This document shows positions 37,859-49,748 of a stretch of DNA of 64,000 bases, one piece after another. Location of the stretch: the NCBI GenBank assembly GCA_023920165.1, contig CP089276.1, positions 3,534,001-3,598,000 of the forward strand, read 5' to 3'. The DNA comes from Curvularia clavata (lineage: Eukaryota). The position numbers and the translations under genes are program-made. How positions within the stretch are numbered: position 1 is the first letter of the stretch; every line of letters begins with the position of its first letter. The notes under the pieces were generated by a model. That model was not told the origin of the DNA and did not search any database. It was given only the letters and a program-made list of their open reading frames with translations.

Positions 37859-39018
37859 ATGGCCTACAACTTTGTTAGGTCGTACATCGACACTTTCCGC
37901 GAGCGGACCGCCGCCATCAGCCATACATCAACATTCCGCGAGACGGGCCAGATCACCCCAGAAGAGTTCGTCCTTGCTGGAGATTTCCTCGTCTTCAAGT
38001 TTCCTTCTTGGCAGTGGGCTGATGCATCGTCGCCCTCAAAACGCGTCTCATACCTGCCTGAGGGAAAGCAGTTCTTGGTAACGCGCGGCGTACCCTGCCA
38101 CCGACGGCTCGATGACAACTTCGCCGGAGAAGCCGGCCAAGACGAGACTATAGTAAGAGATGGTTTCAACGCGGGTGAAGGCGCAACCGACGATGACGGC
38201 TGGCTGCGTACTGGCGGCATGGCTGCTAGTCAAGAAGCCAAGGTCCGTGACGTACGGACAGTGGACGAGAGCGGCAACCTAGGTGCGGCAGAGGACGATG
38301 ACGAGATACCCGACATGGAGGACATCGAAGACGACGATGAAGCTATCATAAGGGACCCCAAGGCTGGTTCGAATACTCAAGCGTAAGTCTCCATGGCCTC
38401 TGCGCGGAAAGAGCAAGACATGCTGATATCTTCTACAGGCCTCTGCGCACATATACCCTCTACATCACATACTCAGCACACTACCGAACACCACGACTGT
38501 ATCTGTCTGGCTACGGCTCCGCCTCTGTGCCGTTGAAACCTCAAGAGATGATGGAGGATATTGTTGGAGACTACAAAGATAAGACCGTCACGATCGAGGA
38601 CTTCCCCTTCTTCGAGAACCCTCTCAAAACTGCCTCAGTACATCCCTGCAAACACGCCTCCGTCATGAAAGTGCTGCTTGACCGCGCCGATGCTGCTCTG
38701 AAGCTGCGACTCGCCAAGCTCAAGGCTGGTAAAGACGTCAGCAAGCTCGACAGCGGCATGGAGGCGTTGGTCGATGACACACGGCTACTGAAGCTCACCG
38801 AGCAAGCCAAGAGCAAGGATGGTGACGAGGCCAAGGACGACTGGGAGGTGCTCAGTGAAGGCGATGACGAAGAGGTGGCTATACGCGTGGACCAATACCT
38901 GGTCGTTTTTCTGAAGTTCATGGCTAGGTAAGTTTGTGCGTTTTGTGATCATGAGACCATGCTAACACACGGCAGCGTCACACCGGGCATAGAGCACGAC
39001 TTCACCATGGGTGTCTGA
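37859..39018 (+). CDS. ATG3: Autophagy E2-like enzyme Atg3 (exons 37859-38382, 38439-38927, 38976-39018)
   Basis: [23 protein letters not shown], catalytic [31 protein letters not shown]. Confidence 0.97.
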
Positions 39019-39263
39019 TTGTTGACCATCTTCCTTGGGACATGAATCGGCGTTGTGCGGCATCATCTTAATCATCACAGGGTTGGTATTCTGCTGAGCG
39101 GGCGTAGTAATAGACATGGATCGAACCAGATCGGTACACTGTAGCATCAATGACGATTGACTTTATTTTCCGAAAAACAAATACAAGTCATGTGAACAAT
39201 TGTAAATCACACCATGAAAAGAACAAGGATAATAACAAGTGAAAATAATGATGGAATACCACT

Positions 39264-39823
39264 CTATGAGCGTCGACGGCGGAAACTTCCAAAAGACTGT
39301 TTCCAGTTCTGGCCACCTTCAGGTCGACGCAACTCTAGCTCGTTGCCTTCGTACCCGAAACTGCTTTCTGCACGATGGAACATGCCACACAGCCTGTCGA
39401 ATAAGGTGGCTTCCTTCAAGGCTTTGGGCAGAACTGAGGGCGCTTCCAGAGTACCAGGTGCAATGTCACCGGAAAAGTCTTCCGTTTCTTCGATCGGCGC
39501 CTCTTCTTCCTCTCCTTCCTCTCCCTCTGCCTCTGCCTCAGCTGACAGGGTATCCAGAAGTGTGTGCAACTTCTTGTTAAGTCGAGCGCGCCATGGGTCA
39601 ACGCCAAATGACGATGCAGAAGATGAAAGGCGCTCGGCAATTTGAAACTACTGAAGTTAGTCTACGGGTTTGCTCAGAGTGAATTACAGAGGCATACCTC
39701 TGCCAATCCTTGAAGTCGGTATTGCTCAGCCCGTTTCTGGAGTCGAGGTGCTGATGGTGTGATTGGAATTGCACAAGCAAGTGCGAAGAGTGCCGCAAAG
39801 GCGATCAAGACGTAAGAGCGCAT
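39264..39823 (-). CDS. Small secreted protein of unknown function, about 169 aa (exons 39823-39698, 39647-39264)
   Basis: MRSYVLIAFAALFALACAIP signal peptide, LQKR Kex2-like site, GTATGC..CTAAC..TAG intron joins in frame to the acidic ORF ending at 39264. Confidence 0.7.
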
Positions 39824-40222
39824 GTCTAAAGCGAAAGGAGTTGATAGCAAGAGTTTGATTCACGTGAATAGCTATCAAAGCTGTGGGTCGGTGTAGTATG
39901 GTTACACACAAGGATACCAGCGCTCTTGTCAAAAGTAGCGAAATGAATGAAGAAGAAGAACGGGGTAAAAGGTCCAGCAAGAAAAAGAAGGAAGATGGTT
40001 GGATGCCAGAATGTGAAGTCCGAGGATCCCCACTTGTTTATGTCCGTTGCACGACCAGCTGCGGTAACCAACAGAAAGTGGCACGTTTACAGTGCATCAT
40101 CGGGCCAAACTCTGTGCATACGAGCTTACTACAAATATGAACGCCAGCCGGCAATGGCTTAAAGGCCTTCCAGAATTGATAGCTTCCCGTCATAAGTCCG
40201 AAACAGAGGTCCCGCGCACTAG

Positions 40223-40510
40223 AGGGCAACGATTGGCGGCGTTAGGAAACCGACGACGGGATTCGTGCCCACATTGGTTCCCTTGCAGTGTTTCACCTGG
40301 GGCTACTCAGCGGAGAAGGCGCTATTCAACCGGTCCAGCCGTGGCATCATGCTAAACGCCATCATAACCAGGGCTAGGCACCTCTTCCTTTTCGTAGGAT
40401 GCCCTTTAATGGCTGAACTCGGAATTGCATTGACCGCCGATCTCCAGAAATACAAGCATAGCTGGTTAAATGGAGCTGAAAAGGCCGACCAACAGCATTC
40501 GAACCTTTAA
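40223..40510 (+). pseudogene. Fragment of a Upf1/DNA2-NAM7-like SF1 helicase C-terminus
   Basis: One frame reads VRKPTTGFV...MLNAIITRARHLFLFVG (helicase motif VI pattern NVA.TRA...L..VG); in-frame stop at 40220; no Walker motifs found upstream. Confidence 0.55.
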
Positions 40511-40983
40511 ATCAAGCCGATATTGTCGCCACAGCCTGGCTATGCCGCGTCTCTGAGGCTGATTCAGAAGTATTACGCCGAGTGATGAGCTGAAAGGATT
40601 GCGGCGTCGGTCTCGAAGGACGCAGGGGTGAAACAAGATGTCGCAACTGGATTGCGCGTCAACGCGGGCGCTAATATTAGCGGGAAACAGCTTTAGTGGC
40701 ACAGACATCAAGCCATCGGACGTCGAAACATTCGTAGACCAGCCGAGATCCCCACGTCAACCCCAGCCTCGCCCTACCTAATGCCGACGTCATCCACGGT
40801 TGGGTCATATTGGAGACAGCATTGAATCCTCTTGAACGATGCACCTGAACATCTTACCACGCTTTGTAAATACCTACAGGCCAATACAATGATCATCCGG
40901 ACATTTAGACGTTCCACTTGGAGATACAGTGTGTGCTTTTTGAATAAGTCTTGACATTCCGGACTCGAACCTGCACCTTGAGC

Positions 40984-43077
40984 ATGTCGTTATCCGGCTC
41001 AGATGATCATGGTCGCACAGTGCCCGCATCAAATCTCAGCTTTAGTAAGCTTCCACCAATAGCTATACTCAATGCGCATATGCATGAGGACGAGGAAGGG
41101 TCTTTCAAAGATACCCTGCATCGGTACGATGCCCCACTTACGACAGATGTCTCGAGAGCCAAGATCTTTCTTGGAAAGGTAGGGACTAAGAAAAGAGCCG
41201 AATTCGAGTTGCGCCAGAGAAAGCTAGTCGTGGAAGAATTCGCTGCGCCCAAGCGTTCGGCAAGTCCTGTGACAACAGGCACGCGTCCTGGTAAGAAGCA
41301 AAGAGTTACCGGGTCAGCACATGGAACTATCCCGGCCAATCAACAAGATTCCCTTACCAAAGAGGATGTCGAACACAGTTCAGACACCGAAGACGAGACG
41401 CAAGAAGAGAGGTTAAGCATTCCGTCTTCGGTATCACACGCAGACAACGAAGCGCAGTTTTTATCAATCTTTGAGAACGATCCTACCAGCGACAACATCT
41501 GGGTCATCAAATTGAATTGGATAGAGGACTGTGTGATTGCAGGCCATCTTGTTCCTCTAGGCGACAACTTGGTTTATCAAGGCCAGGTGCGGCAAAGACC
41601 AAAATCAACAAGCATCAACTCTATCAAAGACGTCTTTTCAGTTGCGCCAAAGCAGACGCCCGTGTCTCAGAACCTCGCAGCCACAAGACCGCATTCGGTA
41701 CAGAGCATCTTAGATCGAGCAAAGTTGGATGCACCTAGTAAGACTACATACCAATCTACTCGATTTGGAAGTTCAGGGTCTCGGCGTTTCAGTGACAGAA
41801 GCTTTGCGACGTCTCGGTCTACCGCGTACTCCCATGCCTCACAAGCGGCGCACCTACTTCAACAAACGACGAGCGAGTATGAAGGTGAAGATAGTGACAT
41901 ACCGCCTCCGCCCGAGTGGGTGACGAAGGGTGTCAGGTATGCATGCCAACGCCTTACACCAGCTGACGGACCAAACGAAAATTTTCTTGATCAGCTTAAG
42001 AAGATCAGGACTGCTCGGATCCTTATTGGAGATGAGGTCGGTGTGCGCGCATACTCTACCATCATTGCCTCGATCGCTGCCTACCCTCACAGACTCAGCC
42101 ACCCGCGGGAGGTTGCACGCTTGCCAGGATGCGACGAGAAATCAGTAGTTCTTTTTGTCGAGTGGAAGAACACTGGTAAGATACAGGAGGCAGAAGAATA
42201 TGAAAATGATGGGGCCATGAAGATTTTGCGCTCCTTCTACGATGTATGGGGTGTTGGGGCAAAGACGGCGCGACATTTTTACTACGACAATCACTGGACG
42301 GAGTTGGATGATATCGTTGAATATGGCTGGAATGACCTAGATAGGGTACAGCAAATTGGTGTGAAATACTATGGAGAGTTCCAGCAGCCAATTCCGCGCG
42401 CTGAAGTCGAAGGAATAGCTGCTATCGTGCGAGAGCATGCAGTAAGACTTCGCGACGAACGCATCAGCGTCACCATTGTTGGTGGGTATAGGCGTGGGAA
42501 GGCATCATCTGGCGACGTAGACATGATCGTATCGCATCCTCAACTGGAAAGTACAGCAGGCTTAATTGAGGAAATTGTCGAGTCATTGGAGGATGCTGGG
42601 TGGATCACGCACACCTTGACCATGAGCTTGGCAAACACGAAGCGTGGTCAAAATGTTTTGCCCTTTCGGTCGACAAAAGCAGCGGGCGTGGGCTTCGATA
42701 CGCTCGACAAAGCACTTGTAGTATGGCAAGATCCTGCTTGGCCGACTCGAGAGAAGGATCTCAGTGAAAACCCAACAGCGAAGAATCCTGCTATCCACCG
42801 TCGAGTCGACATCATTGTCTCACCCTGGCGAACCGTAGGCTGTGCGGTCATGGGCTGGAGTGGTGGCACGACGTTTCAGCGAGATCTGCGGCGGTACGCG
42901 AAAGCTGTGAAGGGTTGGAAGTTTGATAGTTCTGGGGTGCGCAGTCGAACAGATGGTGAAGTCATAATGCTTGAAGGACCAAACGGTGTCACAGGAACGC
43001 CTGAAGATGCGGAAAAGGAGGTCTTCAAAGGGTTGGGGTTGGAATATATACCGCCTGAGTTTCGAGTCACATACTGA
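40984..43077 (+). CDS. POL4: Family X DNA polymerase (Pol4; mu/TdT-like)
   Basis: Split BRCT-like N-terminus (WIEDC), YACQR, VWGVGAKTA HhH, GGYRRGK..SGDVD, RRVDII, GWSGG motif. Confidence 0.93.
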   Translation: MSLSGSDDHGRTVPASNLSFSKLPPIAILNAHMHEDEEGSFKDTLHRYDAPLTTDVSRAKIFLGKVGTKKRAEFELRQRKLVVEEFAAPKRSASPVTTGTRPGKKQRVTGSAHGTIPANQQDSLTKEDVEHSSDTEDETQEERLSIPSSVSHADNEAQFLSIFENDPTSDNIWVIKLNWIEDCVIAGHLVPLGDNLVYQGQVRQRPKSTSINSIKDVFSVAPKQTPVSQNLAATRPHSVQSILDRAKLDAPSKTTYQSTRFGSSGSRRFSDRSFATSRSTAYSHASQAAHLLQQTTSEYEGEDSDIPPPPEWVTKGVRYACQRLTPADGPNENFLDQLKKIRTARILIGDEVGVRAYSTIIASIAAYPHRLSHPREVARLPGCDEKSVVLFVEWKNTGKIQEAEEYENDGAMKILRSFYDVWGVGAKTARHFYYDNHWTELDDIVEYGWNDLDRVQQIGVKYYGEFQQPIPRAEVEGIAAIVREHAVRLRDERISVTIVGGYRRGKASSGDVDMIVSHPQLESTAGLIEEIVESLEDAGWITHTLTMSLANTKRGQNVLPFRSTKAAGVGFDTLDKALVVWQDPAWPTREKDLSENPTAKNPAIHRRVDIIVSPWRTVGCAVMGWSGGTTFQRDLRRYAKAVKGWKFDSSGVRSRTDGEVIMLEGPNGVTGTPEDAEKEVFKGLGLEYIPPEFRVTY

Positions 43078-43275
43078 TAAGATTGGCTTTAGAGAATGTT
43101 GATGTGAATATTACTTGGTCGCTTTCATTTTTTCTAGAAAATCTCTCGTGAGCCTCTTCACGACAAGTGCCTCGCGTCTTCACATTAGGGCTTACGCAAC
43201 GATTGTGTCGACTACACCACAAACTCGACTCCTTCGAATATCCAAGTTGCCTTTTTCACGAGACTCCGCCAGCCT

Positions 43276-44067
43276 ATGAATCTCGTTACAAGATCACTAT
43301 GGTTCGTCATCGATCTTCTCATTCACATTTTTACCTCGCCTTTGCTTCTCATATGGCGACTCTCACTATACCTACTCCTCCCCTTCGCCGTTTATAAACC
43401 CGCATTATCTCACTACCAGAAATGTCGTGCTAGTATCCACACTCACCCTATGGTGAAGTCAGTTGCCAAGCGACAGGTCAATATCGGATGCACTATACTA
43501 CTCCTCCTTGTAACTTTCTCACTCGTCCTCCTTGAGGAATCCCTTGTATACTTTGTTCCGTGGGTCACTGCCCACTTTCAAAGAACGCAATACAAGTACG
43601 AGCATTACAGAGCGTGGCATAGTGAACTAGCCCTCCATCTTGCTGGTTTCGTGCTAAGCTGCGTACCTTTCTTCAGTATGTTAGGCGCGGCAGTGGGGAT
43701 GCTGTTTTACACACGTCAAGCGCGTCTGTATCAACGGTTTCAGCACAAGATGGCGGTGATTGGGCAACCTGAGGCGACAGAGTCCTCTGCCACTGATGTG
43801 GGGAACGAAGGAGTAGAAAGGTCCATGGTGGTGGAAGAGCAAGACTTGGGGGGATCGTCTGTCTCGGCGCCGCCATCGGTAGTGATTTCAACACAGCGAG
43901 CGACAGTGGTGAGGTTCAAGAGAAATTCATATACGCCAGCTGGCGTGCTGTCGATTTGGGGCTCGAGGGATGGCTCGCTTAGTGGCAGGTACGATGGGTG
44001 GAGTGTTCAGGGAAGCAATTTCCAGGACGACATTGAGATGGCAGAAGGCGTGGGAAGGAGAAAATGA
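43276..44067 (+). CDS. Hypothetical membrane protein (263 aa)
   Basis: Long ORF with 2-3 hydrophobic segments; no family recognised. Confidence 0.6.
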   Translation: MNLVTRSLWFVIDLLIHIFTSPLLLIWRLSLYLLLPFAVYKPALSHYQKCRASIHTHPMVKSVAKRQVNIGCTILLLLVTFSLVLLEESLVYFVPWVTAHFQRTQYKYEHYRAWHSELALHLAGFVLSCVPFFSMLGAAVGMLFYTRQARLYQRFQHKMAVIGQPEATESSATDVGNEGVERSMVVEEQDLGGSSVSAPPSVVISTQRATVVRFKRNSYTPAGVLSIWGSRDGSLSGRYDGWSVQGSNFQDDIEMAEGVGRRK

Positions 44068-44255
44068 ACAGTCAAATCAAGATGATGTAGACATTACTGC
44101 CTGCCATGTAAGAAGACACCAAGAGGTACTACGATTAGAAACAGAATAGAGTCATCACCACCTGCAATGACATATGGTATCTCTCAGACCCTCCCCACCT
44201 GCAACCTCGCCTTTGAACTATTAAACGCCTTTATTATTCCTCTGACAACGCAAAC

Positions 44256-45204
44256 TTAAGCACTTTTGTTCTGCGCCTTCGCAGCATCCAAATGCCACTT
44301 CATGACCTTCTCAAAGATGCCCTTGCCCTCTCCTTCAATCACATCCCCGTGGCACGAGATAATCCTCTCAAATCCCCACTTGTCGATCCTCTCCATACTC
44401 TTCGAGAAACCATTGCGGTCCTTCGCACTAGTTCCGTACCAGATGGTGCGTTGCTGCCACTTGGCGTCACCCTTTGTGTTCTGCAGCGCGTTGAAAATCT
44501 TGCTGAAAATTCCCGTGTTCGGGTCTACGCCGGACTTGCTGAATTGCTCTGTTGCAGGTAGATTGAACATGAGGTCCGCCTGGATCAACGTGCGGGTGGG
44601 CCGGTGGTGGAAAACGACCTCCTTATTGACGTGCGAGGGGACGTATTCCCAGTCAAATTCCGCGTCGAATTCAGGAGAGATGGAGGTGACCGGCTTGGAG
44701 GCGCTGAAAAGGACACTGAAGGGTACGTTTTCGTTGTTTTGCTTTGCGCGCTTTTCCGGTAGCATTTCGGGGCCCATGACTTGCGCGTTGGGATATTCGC
44801 TGTGCCAGGGACCAAGGAAGATGTGGTGCTGTGAGGTTTCTCATGTTAGTGTTTTTATGAATTAAAGAATCAAAGGAAAAAATAATAATGAAAGGCTTAC
44901 TTCGTTGTCTAGAGCAGCGATGTACTTGACTTCGCCCATCTCAGATACTTTGCGCTTGACATCTTCGGTCAACGCGACGGGGGAGAAGACGGCGAGAGCT
45001 CCGGATTCAAGGCGCACTGTCGACAGCGTTAGTGATTGACTTGTAGTGCCTGGGAAAATTGAAAATACCAATTGTTCCCCTTCCGCCAATCTTGACGCGG
45101 CCAAATCTCCAAAACGGTACTGAAAGTGTCGTGATCACGCGCGGTACAACATCGCGAATCACCATAACACTGGCGGGATCGGAAGGTACTAATTTCGAGC
45201 TCAT
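44256..45204 (-). CDS. DUF4336-like metallo-beta-lactamase-fold protein (3 exons)
   Basis: MSSKLVP...VPFWRFGRVKIGGRGTIVRL.SG.LAVFSPVALT, LDNEHHIF, NKEVVFHH, LIQADLMFNLP, ISCHGDVIE. Confidence 0.85.
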
Positions 45205-45943
45205 GTTGGGCAACGGAAAACTGTAATTGTGTGGATGAAGAAAAAGCAAGTCAGAAAACGGTCAGAAGATAGTTCAAGTAGAGTGCGCCGGATGTCTGGA
45301 GACCAAGACGTGATGCAGGGAACCCTGCTATGACGCAATATTCGAGATCGAAGTTTGGGGTAGTGCGAAACACAAATTCAAGGAGCGCGTTGCGCAGTAT
45401 ATGTATATATAACCTCAGAAGAGGGATCTCGAATGAACTATTACAAAATCTATATTATCTAGAATGAATTTGCAATTCATGCTGGCAGACAAGATGAGAG
45501 TAACTGTTCGTCGCATGGACCGATCGATAAGAGGCACGCTTTGTCAGCTGCGTCACCAAACCACAGAATCTAGAAGTCGTGTTCGTACGTTGGTAGCGTA
45601 TGGTTACCGAGGATATTATTTTAGTCTTTTTCACATGTCTGCAAGCCCACTCGTCATTTCCTTTATACCAGTGCGCAGCTTCGGGCTGCCCTCTGCTTCT
45701 TGCTCCTATTGCGATTCGCCATCGTCATCGGTTATCCCGTAATTCTTTGTCGGGATGATGCGGCGGACCGCTGACCCACACTGTCAAAGGACCCACAATC
45801 CACCTTTGAGGAAATGTCCTGGTGGAGCGCATGGCTCAGCGGACGAAATATCGCGATCGTGCGACGTCAGCATTTGGAAGCATCGCAGACTAGACGATTG
45901 GGCCAGACTCTCATGCTTCTGTGTCCTGCTACTCTTTTGTGGA

Positions 45944-46920
45944 TCACCTAGCGTTTTCAGCGCTCAGCTCGGCCGACAGTCCTCCTGCATCCCTTTTCTT
46001 TGCATCTTCCTCAAGCCTTTTCTGGATGAACGCGCCAATCTCCTTGACCTTTTGTAGCGCAATATTTGTGCAGTTCAATAGAGCCAGCGGGTTGATGGTT
46101 GCCCCTCCATACTTGGCGATCTGACAAATCTCGCCATGCTTGTTCATGGTAATGATTACTTCTCCTTGTCGTACCTGCTCTTCAGCCAAGTTTGCATCCA
46201 CCAAGAATATTTCTCCCTCAAAGTATGAGAATGTTACACAAAGCGGTTGGTGGAGAATAGACAGTGGTATGGGTTCACGCTCGCGTACGCTGAGAATGGT
46301 CGCTTTCTCGCCTTCGACTACGACATCGGGTCTTTTGAAGTGCTGCAGCGCTGCCATGACGGCTATGCAAGACGCGTCGATGAGGCCACCGTCATGGTCG
46401 ATTATGTGTACGTCCGCGCGGAGAGCAAAGCATTTCGAGCCGGCAATAATGCAGAGCGATTCGGTGTCAAGAGCGTTGGAGCGACGGATGGCCTTTTCGA
46501 GAATACGAGAGAGAATAACTTCGGCTTCTGTAGGACTGGAGTGAGGTTAGAATCGTACCGAAGGAACAATTGTAAAGCAAGACATACCGGCCAACTTCGA
46601 ACGCCGGTGACGCCATTGGAGAGAACTCTGTGACTATTTGAAAGATGCCGTCAAACTTGCGCTCGGGCGGTGGTGTCGTCACGTCTACTGATATACGAGC
46701 AATGACTCTGACTTTTGGTTAGTTTGTGTGTTTAATACTCAGCCGTATCAGTGTACCTGGTCTTGCCCAATTGCACATCGGCGACGCCATACTCGTCGCC
46801 AAAAGTGAGCTCAAGCGGGCGAAAGGCATCGAAAGCTCGCCGGTCTATGCGAATCTGCTCTTGTAGCGCTTGTTTGATGAACTCGCGCTCATTGAGCGAT
46901 ATCTCAGCTTCTCGAGGCAT
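45944..46920 (-). CDS. RRP45: Exosome RNase PH-like subunit Rrp45 (exons 46920-46757, 46707-46588, 46535-45944)
   Basis: MPREAEISLNEREFI, VQLGKTRV, ALDTESLCIIAG, MAALQHFKRPDV, ICQIAKYGG. Confidence 0.95.
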
Positions 46921-47154
46921 GATACGCCTTTACAATCAACGTTGTGTTGTTGGTTGAGTCTCGGTGGTTGTTGGCCAGGCATAGAAAATGCGGCGCGGGG
47001 AAAAGTGAACGCCGATGCTTACTAGCGCGACTTGATCATCGCGACTCTGTATGCGCCGTCTTTTGTACATCAACCACACTCACAATCCACATACGCAAGA
47101 CTTCCGAAACCGACATCAAATCAAGAAAGGCGCGCTAGAACACACATTTTCACA

Positions 47155-47965
47155 ATGACGACCGCCCATAGACCTACGTTCGATCCCGCACGCGGCAAAG
47201 AGGCTCAGCGAGGACCTGCCTATCACCAGCGACTCCTTCCTGCGCACACAACACTCAAGCATAGGCAACCGGGCCAGGGTGGAGATGCGGATAACTACCA
47301 GCGCGACCTACGCGCCGAACTCTTGGAGGCTGAGGCACGCCACATTGCGAAGAAGAATGGCACGTACGTAGAGCCGGTGGCGGCAACCGAGCCTGGGAAT
47401 GCGCCCAAGCGCCAGATTGACGCCGTATCGGCGACTGAGGGAGACGAAGAGGACGAGGCTGCACAAAAACGGCGGCGAATCGAAGTGCTTGAGAAGTTCA
47501 GGGACGTAGATGCGGACGACAGCAGTAGTGAAGAAGAGAGTAGCGATGATGAGTAAGTTATTAGTGCATTTGGATGCCGAACGCTTAACTAACAACGCAC
47601 CAGTGACGAAGAAGACGAAGACGACGCTGCCCTGGTACGCGAGCTCGAGAAGATCAAGAAGGAGCGTGCTGCGGCCAAAGCCAAGGAGGAGGCTGAACGC
47701 GCTGCTGAAGAGGAGCAACAACGAGAGATTGAAGTTTCACGGGGTAACCCGCTACTCAATGCAAAAGATTTCACTATGAAGCGTCGCTGGGATGACGATG
47801 TGGTATTCAAAAACCAGGCACGTGGCACCGAAGACAGAAACAAGAAGAAGGAATTCATCAACGACATGCTGCGGTCCGACTTTCACAAGAAGTTCATGGT
47901 AAGCAATTGTAAACCAAGAGGCACCTAACGTTGCTAACATACAGTAGTCCAAATACGTGCGATGA
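47155..47965 (+). CDS. CWC15: Pre-mRNA splicing factor Cwc15 (3 exons)
   Basis: MTTAHRPTFDPARG, LPAHTTLKHR, KRRWDDDVVFKNQA, EFINDMLRSDFHKKFMSKYVR. Confidence 0.97.
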
Positions 47966-48758
47966 GGTCACTGTGCTGTTCAAGTATATTTTTGACATTC
48001 ACTTTGCGTGGATTGCTGGCGTTCTTGGCGCAACGGGTCTAGAATCGTTTGAACGAAGTTTGTGAAGAGTGTGGGATACCCCAGATCTTGGCGGAAATTA
48101 GGGAGCCAGTGATGAGCCAGAGCCTCAGAGAGCCCTTATCGTTATCTCGATCAGCAGCGATGGCTACCACTCACGGATACCGTCTTTATCGGCCCCAGGT
48201 CATCGTTACTAGCCATCGACCCAATCATAGGCATCTTTGTAGGCCGAGACTTTTGCATGTCATTTTGCATGGTCTTCAAATGGTACGAAATTTGGTCCGG
48301 ATACAGGAATGGGTATTTTTGAGGAATGGTATTCTTCCGATCACACACGGGTGCATTGACACGGTGGATGCTATCAGGCGGCAGATGGCGTTCGATCCCC
48401 TGGATCAGGAACTCTTCCGTCTGATCTCGAGGACACTAGCGTCTTAGAAATTACCAAGCATTCCTTAGCTCACAGCTATCATCCTCTAACAGTGCTTCTA
48501 CATCATTTGATCTACTACGTTTCCAGCAGAGTGACCTCATAAGGCGTGCTGTTCTAACATGTGCACGGTAGATCTAACAGAGGGTCAAGAGAGAACCCTA
48601 TGCAGTGAATATATATATCCCACCCGACTGCTCTATACAATATGATTCTCACAATTCAACTAACTTGATAATTTCCCTCTCTCTCCAAGACTTTCTTCTC
48701 CATTGACAAATCAATCATCACCCTCACATACCATCCTCTCACCCAACAGTCCCCCAAA

Positions 48759-49310
48759 ATGGCCGGCTACGGCAACCGCACTGCGCCTGACTACAGTAAA
48801 ACAGACCTAGAACCCGAGTTTACAAACACGCGTCTCGGTCTGACAGATTCGCACACCGCATACCACAATCCACACGAGAAACACGGATCAGGTACCACGA
48901 GTGGTGCGGGATTCGGTATGCCCCTTTTTCTCTCTCTCTCTTTCACACTATCCCCCCTCTATTATCTTCCTCTCTTTCTTTTCTCTCGTAAAGACTAACA
49001 CCAAATCCAAGGTAATAAACGGTCCTCGTTCACTTCCAGCTCTTCCTCTTCCTCCCCACCATCTGATCTCCACCTCACCTCATCCACAACGCCATATTCT
49101 AATCCTGGGCGTTTGGGCAGTGGATCAACGGCTGGTGCAGGCTATGGGAATAAAACGGGGGAGATGGGAGGAAGTGGCGTGCATGGGGTGTTGGGGAAGG
49201 CGGTGGAGAAGGTGGGGGGTGTGGTTGGGAGTGGGAAGGCGGTGAGGATGGGGAGGGGGATTAAAGGGGAGAAGGAAGACGATGAGGGGGTGGGGAGGGA
49301 TGGCGAGTGA
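48759..49310 (+). CDS. Small Gly-rich hydrophilic protein with repeated GAG(Y/F)GNK motif (exons 48759-48915, 49012-49310)
   Basis: Intron GTATGC..CTAAC..AAG joins two short ORFs in frame; TATA-like run at ~48610. Confidence 0.75.
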
Positions 49311-49748
49311 AGTGAGTGGGTATAGGAGGATATCCTTTTTAGTGCTGCTGGGAGTACTGCTTGGGTTGTATATAGCATTCAATATACAAAATAGCGAGAG
49401 ACATACACACCACGCAATTCTTTGATTCCCTAGAGAGACAAAACGCACACCACATCTTCGCCAGAGGAGAAGAAAAATATGTATTCTCGCATATGCTAAA
49501 GCCATTCTCTCTCCATTTTTACCTTTGTTATATTCCAAAAGAAGAAAAAAGCTCAGCATGCCTGTCTGTGTGCCCCATCGGGTACATTATGCGAACCTAC
49601 TCTAGAAGAATTTACGAACGAGAAAAGAAAAAAGGAAGGAGAGAGAAAAAACGCACAACACCTTCATGCTCGAATGGTCACCCTCCTGCAAAAGATATGT
49701 CCCAAAAAGAGCGCACTATAGTCGGGCCTCATGCAAACGCCACTCAAC

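Noticed and set aside
48049..48447. 132-aa plus ORF and antisense fragment
   Set aside because: No ATG-led credible gene or family motif; plus ORF overlaps the expected CWC15 3' UTR
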